Of a stretch of DNA of 64,000 bases, positions 13,091 to 24,676 are shown one piece after another. Source of the stretch: Dudresnaya verticillata (lineage: Eukaryota). Below the pieces are notes generated by a model. The model was not told where the DNA came from, did no database searches, and saw nothing but the letters and a program-made list of their open reading frames with translations. The DNA is taken from positions 3,348,001 through 3,412,000 of the forward strand of contig OZ374558.1 in NCBI GenBank assembly GCA_977862235.1, in the 5' to 3' direction. A program made the translations under genes and the position numbers. Every line of letters begins with the position of its first letter. Position 1 is the first letter of the stretch.

Positions 13091-13519
13091 AACCCTGTAG
13101 GAAGCACCCCCAGGTCTGCTTACTTGCATTTATCATGATATACTTCCTAGTTCCTGTGTAACCCCCCTCTACTGTCAACGGATGCCAGCGCAATGGCTCA
13201 GTGGAATTTTGCTACACGACCATGATCTGTATACGATAAAATGCAGTTTGAATGTAGGGCGGGTGGGAAACGAAGGAAAATTGCCTTCTGAGCGGGCACC
13301 GCAATAGGCACAGAATGTAGTTGGCGGTAGGGGTGTCTGGTGCGCCCAGAAGGACACGCGAAACGGCACGGATTGCATGACTCAAGGCCGCCCAAAAAGG
13401 TAAGTGAGCCGTGTCGAACGCCCCGATGGGCAGGCAGTAAAGCATGATATGACGGTGACTGAGTGATGTCGCAGCCAAACCAGTGCTTGCACCCGCCAAT
13501 TTCGCGGTCTCTCCCTTCT

Positions 13520-13690
13520 GTAGACTACTCTCCAGCTTCGCACGTGTACAAACCCGCGGGATTCGATCCCACGACCTCCATGGCGGACCAAGCAAAAAAA
13601 ACCACTAAGCTATTGCCGCTTCCTTGTGGATTTGCTTGGTGTAGTGCTGTGATGCTCCCTACTTGACATCCTGCCTCAGTAGGTATCTGC
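13520..13690 (-). mobile_element. Putative tRNA-derived SINE insertion
   Basis: Minus strand has A-box-like TAGCTTAGTGG and B-box-like GGATCGAATCC about 30 nt apart. It is absent at the equivalent site of duplication copy A (~7040), and a second copy lies at 5621-5785. Confidence 0.55.
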
Positions 13691-14318
13691 ACTTCTTCCG
13701 CCTTGTCGAATAATATACTTAGCAGGCGGCAGTTATTTTCGTCACCATTTGTTCCTTGTATCCTTTTAGTCCTTCTAGCGACAGGGGTTAATGCCTTGAC
13801 GAGTATAAGATTTCCCTCCCTCCAAGTAACTCATGCAAAACTATTACGTTAAAGGCATACCATTATAACAAGTTTTCTTGACAATGTCGAACAACGTAAT
13901 GGAATTACTGTGCTTCGTTTTCAAACAGAAAGAGGATGGTAAAGGTACAGGCATCCTTTTATGGAGACTTAGCATGGGATGCTAGATCGTCTCTGCCGGT
14001 GTGGCGGTGGCCACTAACAAAACCGGATTGGTATTCTCAACGAGGACGTTCCATAACGTTCCACATATATTGTCGCTGGTCATTTCTTATCTCTGCTCAG
14101 CAATATGGATCACTTTGTCAATATTGCAGTTATCGAAGATAAGCGCTCTTGTTCTTGGGGAATGTATAGGCTTCGGGCATGCCCGTGCATCCATCAAAAA
14201 TCAAATCCCAACCCCGTGTGTACTAACAAAAATAGGAACCATGGAGATATTGCCGCTCCTCTTCTGGCACAGCTTGGTGATACGCAGTGATGCTCTTCAT
14301 TTAAGGCACTGCCTATGT

Positions 14319-15197
14319 TCAGGTGCGAAACTTCTCTCCAGTCAAGACACTAGTCACGTCCTTTGGTGGGATAACCCCATTGGCATCCTCAGTAAACGTA
14401 ATTACTGCCATTTCGACAAAAGCGGACCAAATAATAGGGTCGTCTGCATTGGGGCATATTCTTTCAACGACAGCATTGGCTTTGTAGAGCTCCCCAATGA
14501 TGCCTAGCGGAAGCCGAGTAGGCATTGGAGGTTCAACGTAGCCGGAGAAGGAATTTCCAAGGAACACAACACTCTCGTAGCGGAAAAGGCTGCATTGGCC
14601 TATGGCATCAAGATTCAAATCAAGCTCGCAATGCGGCATGAACAAAACCTTGCAGAAACCCTGTGGCAGGTCCAGAATAATATTTTCTTCGATCGGTACA
14701 ACGTCGAAGCCTGCCTCCGTTACAATTTTGATGTCTTCTTCCGTCAATACGGGATCTGTAATCGTGCATTCAGCAGAATATCCTAGATCCTCCTTGATCA
14801 GCAAGGCGCATGCAAACTGATATATTGGCTCGATGTCGCCTTCAAGTGACCCAATCCCGAGAACTTGCAATGAAAAGGGAATTCTCCCAGCTCTGGCATG
14901 CTCCAGATCTTGTTTCACGATACCCCACCATCTGCTTTTGCTTAAATTATCCTTAGCCTGTAGAAGTTGACTATCCATGTCCACGAGCGGTAATAGCCGT
15001 TCTGCTCCGGAAACATTCTGTCCTTTGCCAAACATATCTTCTTGGTTTCTCGTTGCACTACAGATATTACCCTGCACTTCGGCTACAGGGCCCATTTTGG
15101 CGCACTTTAGCGGGCATCTTTGCGAACCCATTTCTTGATCTGAGGAAGGCTCAGCATCAAGGATAACGTTCATGTCCATTTCTTTTGGTTTGAGCAT
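14319..15197 (-). CDS. SRR1-domain protein, copy B
   Basis: Same length and motifs as copy A (VLGIGSL, DPVLT, LFMPHC, FLGNSF); conserved TATA-like element at ~15272. Confidence 0.75.
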   Translation of the reverse strand: MLKPKEMDMNVILDAEPSSDQEMGSQRCPLKCAKMGPVAEVQGNICSATRNQEDMFGKGQNVSGAERLLPLVDMDSQLLQAKDNLSKSRWWGIVKQDLEHARAGRIPFSLQVLGIGSLEGDIEPIYQFACALLIKEDLGYSAECTITDPVLTEEDIKIVTEAGFDVVPIEENIILDLPQGFCKVLFMPHCELDLNLDAIGQCSLFRYESVVFLGNSFSGYVEPPMPTRLPLGIIGELYKANAVVERICPNADDPIIWSAFVEMAVITFTEDANGVIPPKDVTSVLTGEKFRT

Positions 15198-15555
15198 TGA
15201 GCTCAAATGGTAAGGTCAAGTGTGCAGCCCAAATCTGAAGCTCCTGTGTTGGGCGGAAGGTGCTTGAGGACTTTATATATAGGAAGGAACAGAAATTGCC
15301 CTACGATGCGAAAACTGGCCGACCGCTGGAGCCGCATATGATTTTTCTTTTTGAGAGGATCTGGATCTCAGCTCACCTTCGGCAAGACTATCCTAAACAG
15401 CAGCAGCTTTCGTCTCAGAACAACATAATTTCTTCTGTCTGCGCCCTTGCAGCAGGAGATCGAAGGGTCTGGCGGAGAGGGTGGCCTTGTCGCGCTGCAG
15501 GAGCGGCGGAAGCGAGTCAATCGAAAAAGCAAAAAGTCATCCTTTTGAGAAATAT

Positions 15556-15889
15556 CATCATCATCACAGCTTTATTGAAGCAAGACGAACAGCGGAAACC
15601 CTAATGACTTAGCCGCTGATGACTACTGGAAGGACTGGACTAATGGGACGTCGACGATTCACGGCGAGGGCGGTGAGCTGGAGAATGCGGGAAACCAGTG
15701 GTGAAACTAACGAATGGTATTCAGTAGTAGGATTTGTCCCCAGGCGCGCGGCCCGGAAAGAAGCGAGCTTTTGGAGTGCGGTACGGCATTCGGGGCCAAT
15801 GCCACCGTGAATGTCAAAGCCTAGCGGCTGAAACGTAATACAATGGGCTACACAAGCGGTGCGGTACTTGCGATGCTTGTCCCGTTCAG
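15556..15889 (-). mobile_element. 5'-truncated CRE-like non-LTR retrotransposon (C-terminal restriction-like endonuclease fragment)
   Basis: ERDKHRKY..C....FQPLGFDIHGGIG...AVNRRR; (TGA)n tail. Flanked by near-perfect 12-bp repeats tttgagaaatat (15544-15555) and tttgtgaaatat (15890-15901). Empty site in copy A at ~8895. Confidence 0.75.
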
Positions 15890-17228
15890 TTTGTGAAATA
15901 TTACTGCGCACGTGTTAAGTCATTTATCTTCATTATCACCACTTCATTGAAATAAGACGAGCAACGGGAAACCCTATTTTGACTATATCCTTCTTAGTTT
16001 CTTAACAGCTGCTGCGAATGGTAGGCTATAGAATATCTCCCTTCTTTCATGTTTAATAAAAAGCGCTTCAAGAAGTCGTTCGATCAACCTTGAGGGTGTT
16101 TTGGGCTTCGATAATATGCAAAATAGTGAGCGTCTCTAATAAGTCTCAACAAGTACTGCAACAAATAGCGAAGTAATAATAACGTACTCTGCAATTATTA
16201 CGATCTGCTGTTTTCTTCTTCTACTTCTTCCCATGCCATCCGAAGAGCACTCGGTCTGCTTTCTTCTGATATACAATTTCAATCGAAAACTTGGTAGAGA
16301 GGAGCTTTTGTTATATAAGAATGCAGAGAGAATTTTCATCGACTGTTCAAAGTTGCAATACAGCTTTCAAAGGGCAAGAATGTTGCGGAACTTTCCATAG
16401 CAAGCACGAAGGACGAAAGCAGCACTTCAATCTACAGTTCGTCAGAGAGATTGCCTCACTGCTGACACTTGCCGACCAAAGCCATTGAGAACGCCTTCCC
16501 TCCCCTGCTGTAACGTCAGCACCAATGCGAGCGGACGCCGCCCTACTTCTGTTACCAATGTGTCTGCTTCTGATGAGGCAGCTGAGCTGCCTGATCAGAA
16601 GCCCCAGCAGTGCAGGAAATAGGGTTTTGCATGTAGTGCAGGAAGAAGCATGCTGATAGCACCACAAGAATAGCGTAATTTACCGCTCCAAGTGGACGAT
16701 AGCTCGCCCCCGGTTGTATAGATCTCAAAGGCCACACCCGCCCTAAAGACAATGGAGCACGGGGACAAGAAACTGGAACTACACTGGCACCTCAGGACTT
16801 CCCGCCCCCTTCCGGCCGAATCTACCCAAGGATGATTTCTACGCTGCCGCCGATACCATTGCATCCATACGGGCAGCCTCCAGCAACGAGTATGCACCGT
16901 CTAGGTCCATTCTTTCCCCCCACCCCCCACGAAGCAACTGACCATGACTCCCCCTTCCAGGCCTGCTTGAACACGGGCCCAGTTGCCCGCACAAGACCAA
17001 CGCAAACAAACAGTAAAATCAAACATCACCTGAGGGCATGGTGCGTTCCATCACACCGCAAGTCAACGGAACATGTTTTATTATCCGTGGAGGAAAATCG
17101 CGGCAGCAAGGCACGCACGCTGCCAGCAATGGTCCGTTGATCCTCAAGTCCTCCCCTCTACTGCACACGTCCCTCCGACGGCCGATCCACCGACCCACCC
17201 TCCTCTCACCACTCTCCCCACCCTCACC

Positions 17229-19116
17229 ATGCTACTGTGCCTCCTGTTCGCCCCATCAGCATTGCTTCTCGCTGCCCTCACACTAGCTGCCGCCCAGAAC
17301 CCTCGCCCTCTAGACTCCGTGTCGCTGCGCTGCTGCACCGTACTGAGCGCCCCGTTCACGTTCCGATCGAAGACCCATCAAGTAAGCCACTCTTCTTCAG
17401 CAACACAGGCATGTCTCCTTCATCCTTCTGCAATCTGCCACTCTAACACTCGTCTGCCTGCAGAACGGCTTTAACGGCCTCGCCGTTGACTACCTCAATC
17501 GCCTTACCGACCGCACGGGTCTGTCCTGCTCATCCTTGAGGGTGTTCAACGCCACCTCGGACGGCGTTGCATATAACGCCCTATTCAACAACATCAATCG
17601 CTGCACAACTTCCCAGGGCGGTATTCGCACAGATCCGGAATGCATCTGCGACATCGGCACCGCGGCCTTATTCGAGACACCAGAGCGCCTCGCCGTTGAT
17701 TTCTTGCCGCCGTTTGCGTACGATAGCAGGCGCGTAGTCGTACACATCCGAGAGACGTCGTTCGCAAACGACTCTGCGTTCTTTCTAACTACCTTCGAAC
17801 CGCTTGTTTGGGCCCTTGTCTTCTTGCTCGTTGTTCTTTTCTCAATTCTCAAGCTTCTTGACAGGCGCTTTGCCCCGTGTGAGGACACCTTTGCTCCTCT
17901 AGCACACACTGAGGGAACGTTCAAGAGGTACAGACATTTCTTGCTCAAGAACCACGCCCTTTTCAGATTACGACGTGGGGTACAGGATGTTTGTATGTTT
18001 CGACCAAGTCCATCCGCCTATGATTCAATACCCTCTCTCTCCCCTCTCTCTCAATAACTCACCCACTATTTACACACACACGTTGCGGTCCAATACGCAC
18101 ATACTACCAGGTTCTCTTGTCGTAGGGCAGCCTAGTCATGGCATCACTGGGGAATACCCTTCAACTAGGCATTGGGTTCTCAACTTCGTCATCGCACTTA
18201 CCGGCCTGTTTTTTGTCCTGATATATGAGGCTGCAATGACGTACGCACACCCGCTGATTTTTATTCTATATTGCAAAGACGCGTTTGTGAACGCACTTAA
18301 TGTACTAACCACTTGCATTCATGAGCAGTGCCAACTTGGTGCAAGAATCCCTTCACTCAGATTTCAACAGTGTCCAAGATTTTTATAACTGCATGATCCC
18401 CGACTCCCACGTCTGTTTTGTGGAGGGCGATTCAAGCAGGAATTTTTGGGATATGGCCATCGCGGATTCGTAAGTTCTCTCTCTCTCTCTCTCTCTCTCA
18501 ACAACGATCTGGACGATATTCTTTCTGGGCATCAGCCTCGATTCCGACCTAACGAGATCAATATGATTCATTTGAATTTCTTGTTCGAAGGCCATGTCGT
18601 CAGAACAGGAGCGTCGATACACCTTCAACATATTACACGTATGATGAAGCCTTAGAAGCAGTAACTAAGGGTAAGTGTCGATTCATGCTAACAGATGGCG
18701 GTACAGGAATGCACGCGGTTCATGGAAAGTACTGCGGAAAGCTGCTGCTAGCCGGAGAACCGTTCAGCGAGGGAGGGCTGTCGTTTGTGCTGCCAAAGGG
18801 GTCACCATATCTGGAGCCATTGCGCAACGCGACTCTACAGCTCCGGGCGGAGAGCAGGCTTGACAGTCTGGAGGGTTATTTTGATATGTCTGGCAAATGC
18901 CCGGATGCCACAAGAACTCGTCTCACGTTTGGTAGAGTGCAGACGTTCTTTATCATTGTTTTCGCTGCGATTGGAATATTGTTCTTAGAGATGATGCTTG
19001 ATCCACAAACTGCCCCGAAAGCAAACCGAGCCGGCAGAACAGAGGAAAATGTTAGCGATTTTGATGCAAAAGGAGCTGTAGAAGCAGTAGTAAGTTTGGA
19101 AAAGGCCAAGAGTTAG
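17229..19116 (+). CDS. GLR/iGluR-like channel, paralogue 2. Exons 17229-17381, 17464-17992, 18111-18240, 18329-18469, 18591-19116 (492 aa)
   Basis: Signal peptide MLLCLLFAPSALLLAALTLAAA; LRCCTVL; CDIGTAALFETPERLAVDFLPPF; IYEAAMTANLV; LPKGS; SGKC; M4. Four GT..AG introns give 1479 nt in frame. Confidence 0.88.
18476..18499. repeat. (TC)n microsatellite in intron 4 of GLR paralogue 2
   Basis: tctctctc... run. Confidence 0.9.
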
Positions 19117-19229
19117 AATGATAGAAGTACAGTAACATATGAAAAATGGAGTCTGACGCTATTGGCACAGTTGATATGATCAAACATCCCTTTATTCTCA
19201 AATGTGAGAGTAAGCCCCTTATGGGGACT

Positions 19230-20700
19230 TAATATGCACTGTTTCTAACACGGCAGTCAACAAGCTTACGTCTGTTAATTGAGAACGCGACGCTCTGTAA
19301 TACTAATGAGGTAAGACGTGTGAGAAGGGAAACCTTCTCGCTAGACGGAGAGGCACCCTTCTTCTAAGTCAGGAAATTCGCGATACGTTGTGCACCGCGA
19401 TCGAAGCGGTGGTCAATGGCGCCATATATGTCTATAACCATCGGATATTGTTCGAAATGATTAGCTTCATACAGCCGGTGATAATGGCGGACCTTGTCTC
19501 TCGAGATTGGGTCGCGTGATGGACACGAGACGAAGAACGAGAAGAGTATGAATGAGGGGGTATTTGTATGCATAATAGACAACTGTACATTCAACTCGCG
19601 ATAAATGAATAATGACGGTCGACAGGTTTCTATTCAGTTATCGCGAGAATCCAAATGTCGGATGTGCATGACAAAGCACATTACAGTATGAGAGCACATT
19701 TAGTTACAGAATAGAGTACCACGCTACTGAATGAAGTCATCGAGAGTGGATTGATGGGCATCGCGCGCTGCGGCAAGGCGCAGATGGCACTGCAAACGAC
19801 ATATAAGAAGCCGATCTAGAGCTCTTCCCTTCGGGATGCTACACTCCCGACCCCCAGCCGGCCCAGGAGAGCGATTTCAATGCTGCGCCGTCCTGAAACT
19901 CTCAATTCAAATAACGGGAGAACATAATGTGGCTATTTTAGTTATTTTTTGCTGTTTCCCATGTCGGGAAACGTAGACTGTATTCGAATATCGGGATTAT
20001 GCATTTATCGGTCATTCATTTATCGCGAGTTGACTGTATTGCTACAGCTGCTTCTGATTGTAGCTCCCCAATGGAGTTATAACAGCCGCAAACAGGTGTA
20101 GCCTACTCTAGTAGTGCAATCCACCGCTATGTGTATGAGATCGCAAGATGTTCCGGTATAGTAACGCAAGAAGTTAGTATTGCAACAACTGCGATATTTA
20201 GCACATAAGATACTAAAACGGCAGACGAGAATGGACTGCTCGTGGACAGAACAACGTACCATGATCTACGACTACACTGCGCATTAGATGCTATTATCTC
20301 GATCTGTTCGACTTGGAACTTTACATGTTGTGTCAAAGATGCCGCTTTACAGGTATGAAAAGACTGACCAAGAACAGCGAACTTCGCTGAGCGTCCCGAA
20401 GGGGTATCTAGGGTACTGTATATGGTCCACCGAATAGTTGTCACCAGGATTGACGCCGACTCAAGATGGTTCGCAAATGCAGGAACAGTGACTCCCAATA
20501 CGACTCCCGGGCGATACTCCGCAATGCCTTGTACGCTACTCTCGGGGACATCTAGGCTGTACTTAAGGGAGCCGGAAACTCTTCGTAGAGAGTTCCGCAA
20601 GTTCATCCTTTTCCCGCCCTCCCTCCCTAAGGATTTGACACTCACAAGTTCATCCTTTTCCTCCTCCTTCCTATACCTTGACAAGAGCGCCTAGAAGTGC
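19230..20700 (-). mobile_element. Degraded CRE-like non-LTR retrotransposon relic, interrupted by a MITE
   Basis: RDKVRHY...YPMVIDIYG...GAQRIANFL*KKG...EKVSLLTRL...SINRRKL matches the 53202-53657 fragment. The boundary beyond the MITE is uncertain. Confidence 0.6.
19588..20036. mobile_element. MITE / non-autonomous Tc1-mariner(pogo)-type DNA transposon
   Basis: Terminal inverted repeats CA(T/G)TCAACTCGCGATAAATGAAT (23 bp, 1 mismatch) flanked by TA at 19586-87 and 20037-38; no coding capacity seen. Confidence 0.8.
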
Positions 20701-21983
20701 TTCTATCCTCTTATCTTAGTTGTCATCGGTTTGTCAAATGGAGTTCTATTTACAGTAAAGGCTTCCATTTCTTTTCTGAAGCTACAACCATTGGGTACGA
20801 CGATGTACTCACATTGAAAGCTAGCTGTTTACTTTGACCAGCTCGAATCTGCAAAACATCGACCCGCTCGACTATGTACACCAGTAAACCTGATTAGTAA
20901 TAGGGTGACGACCGAGACATCAAATGCTTGGCGAGTGGGGGCGAAGCTACTGTTTGTTATCTACGAAAATGTCCATACATTACATACTAAGCTGGTCGTG
21001 GCGAAGCTCAGATGAGTCGTTGGCGCGCCGGAGGTGTCGTTCATCGCGGTGCCTCTCTGAAGCGGAAAGAGCAGGATACGATAAACAGATGGATGACCAT
21101 GTTCTTCCTCGTGGGAATTGATATGCGAAAAGTATTAGTGGTAGTAATCATTTGTTGTTCACCTCACTCTTGCTCGGGCGTCTTTGACCGTAGTACGACA
21201 GCTGTATGCATTGGGTACAAATGGTTGGCCACCTACTGGAACCAGATTGAGTGCGATTGCACAACAGCATGCCAATTGCTTGCCTGAAGGGAAAGCGTTT
21301 GCGCAATGATGGCTCTATACTCGTGGACCTTCGCCCGAGGGACAATTCTAGTTCAGTTCCAGCAGTGATCACTGCTACCGCCACACCCAGTTGTTCTATT
21401 CGTACTAACGTACTGTAGGAACGCTGTCCTCACAGAATCTCTAATGCAACGCGCGAATACGCGCAGGAAGCGGGGCAGTGCTACTATACAACAATATTGC
21501 ACAACAAGGGCGACGCGAGCAGGCACCACGAAAACGAAGCCCTCTGAGCAGTGGAGGGGTGTTCGAGTAACGATCTGCGCTCGCTCTAGCGCCTTTCTCA
21601 AGGCGCTAGAAAGAGTTGCCGCTCGATGCGTTCTTTCATTGAGCAGCGCCATGCGCGTCTCGCAGCGAGCGATGCTCTTCAGAGGAAAGTGCTGCGCGTG
21701 GCCAGCAAGTACCTTCGAAAGGACATGGCGACGGATGTTGTCAACGCCGCGGCAGCCTCGCGAGACCAACTTCCAGCCCCAACTCGCCCCGAAGGGAATT
21801 ATTCAGTATTTCCTCAAGAAGATCACCGCCTTCAGCAATGCGGCCTCCTGCCTTGCTGCCCGTTGCGTGTTCTGCACGCACCGCGCGCGATCACTGCCGC
21901 ACCCGCCACCTCTTCATCTCTACTCCCTTCCTTTCCCCGCACGCCTCCCTACGCCTCCCTGCCGACCATCCCATCCCGTCGCC

Positions 21984-23998
21984 ATGCCTCAGCAACGCCC
22001 CCCGCGCACCCACCCTGCCGCCGCCCAGCCCGCCGAGCTCGCGCTGCTCGCCGCTCTCGCCCTTCTCGCCGTCTACCCGCTTCCCGTCGTCGCCCTACCC
22101 GCCCGCTCGCTCGAAGGAGTCGCCCTGCGCTGCTGCACCGTGCTCGCCTCGCCGTTTACTGTCAACGCGAAGACCTACCACGTAAGCACGCCCCTGTCCC
22201 CGCTTCTCATGCGCTCCGCTTCTCGCACTTTGTCGTCCACAGCCCCACACTCACCTGCTCCAGCTCCTGCACCGAGCAGCACGGCTTCGACGGCCTCGCC
22301 ATAGGCTACCTTCACCACCTCTACGAGCGCACGGGCATGTCATGCTCGTCGCTCACCGCCTTCGAGGACACCTCCGGAAGCGTCGCATGGAACGCCCTAA
22401 TCGACAACATCATCAAGTGCACCACCGCCGACGGCGATATTCGTCAAGATGAAGACTGCCCTTGTGACATTGGCGCCGCCGCCTGGTTCGAGACCCCGCA
22501 ACGTCTCGCTGTCGATTTCGTCCCCGCTTTTGTGTACGACAGCAGGCGTGTGCTTGTTAACGTCAGGGATACATCGATGGTCAACGACGCCACCTTCTTT
22601 CTTACTGCCTTCGACCCGCTTGTCTGGGGGCTTATTGCTCTGCTCATCGTCTTATTCTCGGGTCTCAAGCTCCTGGATAGGCGCTTTGTCCCTCGGGAGA
22701 AGCCGTTTATCTCACTCCCTGAAAGCGAAAGCGCCTTCCGCCGAGCACGGCATTACTTGCTTAAGAACAATGCCCTCTTCCGCCTGCGCATGGCCGTACA
22801 AGATGTTTGTATGTTGCACTTGTCCTGGCTCGGTTTCGTTGATGCGGAATTCATGTTCTTTCAAGATCGCAAGCAACAATATTCTTCGCCCTTCTAACAT
22901 TCACGCCGTGTTTTGCCATTGATTTCTGCCTTAAATCAAACAACAGGTGCCCTCGTTATCGGGCAGTCGAGTAACGGGATCCGTGGCGAGTATCGCTCCA
23001 CCAGGCAGTGGGTTCTCAACTTTGTCGTCGCCCTCAGTGGGCTTTTCCTGGTTCTTGTTTACGAAGCCACTATGACGTACGTTTCCGCTTCTGGCGTAAC
23101 TGTTGACACGCACCAATGTTTCCGACACAACAACGACAAATTATCTCGATGAATTGTATAGTTTCTAATGACTTCTCTTCCAGCAATGTGTTATGTTACC
23201 AAATTCAGTGCAAATTTGGTCCAGGAGTCTTTACAATCCGAGTTTCGCGGCATCCAAGACTTCAAAACGTGCAGTATCCGTGATAAGGATGTCTGCTTTG
23301 TCGAAGGTGACTCTAGCAAAAGCTTTTGGGATATCGCCATTGCCGATTCGTATGTTTTTGCCCTAGACGCTTACTCATATGCAACCAAGGTTCCTTGCGC
23401 CTTTTTGGTCTAGGCTACTTTTCAACCAAATGACTAACTTCTCTCACTTGATCCCGTTTTCATGCCCTGCTACTCACGAAGGCCGTGCCGTGAGAACAAA
23501 ACCATCGAGCCGCCTAAGACATACAAAACATACGAAGAGACCATTCAAGCAGTACATTCCGGAAAATGCAGGTTTATGCTGACAGATGGAGGCACCGGGA
23601 TGGATGCAGTAAACGGGCGGTACTGTGGGAAATTGGCGCTTGCAGGCGAACCGTTCAGCGAGGGCGGACTTCACTTTGTGCTACCAAAAGGATCAAAATA
23701 TATGTTGCCACTGAGGAATGCCACACTGCAACTCCGTTCTGAAAGTCTACTGGATAGTCTGGACAGGCACTTTGAGAAGAAGGGAAAGTGCTCGATTTCC
23801 ACCAGACCCCATCTAACTTTCGGGCAGCTCAAGACGTTCTTTATTATTGCGTTTTTGGCTATTGTTCTGCTATTCTTGGAAATGCTGCTTGACCCTCAAA
23901 GCATCAAGAACTTACAAAGTCAAATGGTTAAGGATGAACCCGGGGAAGAAGAAATTTTTGAGCGTTCGAAAACGCCGCCTTCTTTTGATGAGCCTTAG
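21984..23998 (+). CDS. GLR/iGluR-like channel, paralogue 3. Exons 21984-22181, 22280-22808, 22947-23076, 23209-23349, 23482-23998 (504 aa)
   Basis: Same motifs (CDIGAAAWFETPQRLAVDFVPAF; VYEATMTANLV; LPKGS; KKGKC). Internal exons of 529/130/141 nt equal those of paralogues 2 and 4; 1515 nt in frame. Confidence 0.9.
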
Positions 23999-24565
23999 TG
24001 GTCCGACTCGGGTTCATGATCTCACCCGGCTGCAATCTATGACGACTGTCAATTGTATTCTCCCTTTTATTGCACTCCCATACACATCTTCCTCCCATGT
24101 GGAAGCTGAACCCCGGCTGACCACGCTGCAACTCCGACGTGATGTCGCGATCTTCCGCGGCGACCATTCCTTGCCCTGCTTGCAGTTTCTGTACGCGAAT
24201 TTGCGTCTGACCACAAACACGGGATGAAGGTAGAGAGAAGGTGGGGGCCATTATCAAAGCAGATAATTGGAGCTCTACGAAGCGCCAGGAACTAAAGCAG
24301 CAAATGGAACTCGGAGACGGCATCGGTTTTTTGGCTAATGCTTGATATGGCAGAAGAGGACTAATGGCCAAGGTAGTAGACTCACTTTAGTCAAAGAAGA
24401 ACGTAGAGTTCTTAAAGGGGATTACTTTCTGCCATAACGTGCACTGAGGTGAATGAGCTGACGGCGGTTGACCACGACCGCTAAGTATTTAAAAGGAAAT
24501 GAGCACTTTACTCGCTTCAGCAATCACTATACGCAATGAATGGTATGGTAGAGAATGTACGTAGC

Positions 24566-24676
24566 AAATATAAGACGAAGGAAAGGACTGGAAGTCTATA
24601 TAAGACGAAGGAAAGGACTGGAAGTCCTTTCCAGTCCTTTCCTTCGACTTCCAGTCCTTTCCTTCGTCTTATATTT
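24566..24676. repeat. Compound direct plus inverted repeat (fold-back)
   Basis: tataagacgaaggaaaggactggaagtc twice in tandem, followed by a partial and a full reverse-complement copy (gacttccagtcctttccttcgtcttatattt). Confidence 0.9.

Larger units (their letters stand above)
13165..16315. repeat. Segmental duplication copy B, carrying two extra retro-insertions and an inverted end segment
   Basis: Alignable to 6640-9262. Confidence 0.85.

Noticed and set aside
21444..21983. Long upstream extensions of the GLR-3 ORFs (286 and 423 aa)
   Set aside because: Read-through of 5' region and intron 1. Paralogue 4 supports the start at MPQQRPP, and there is no ATD similarity.
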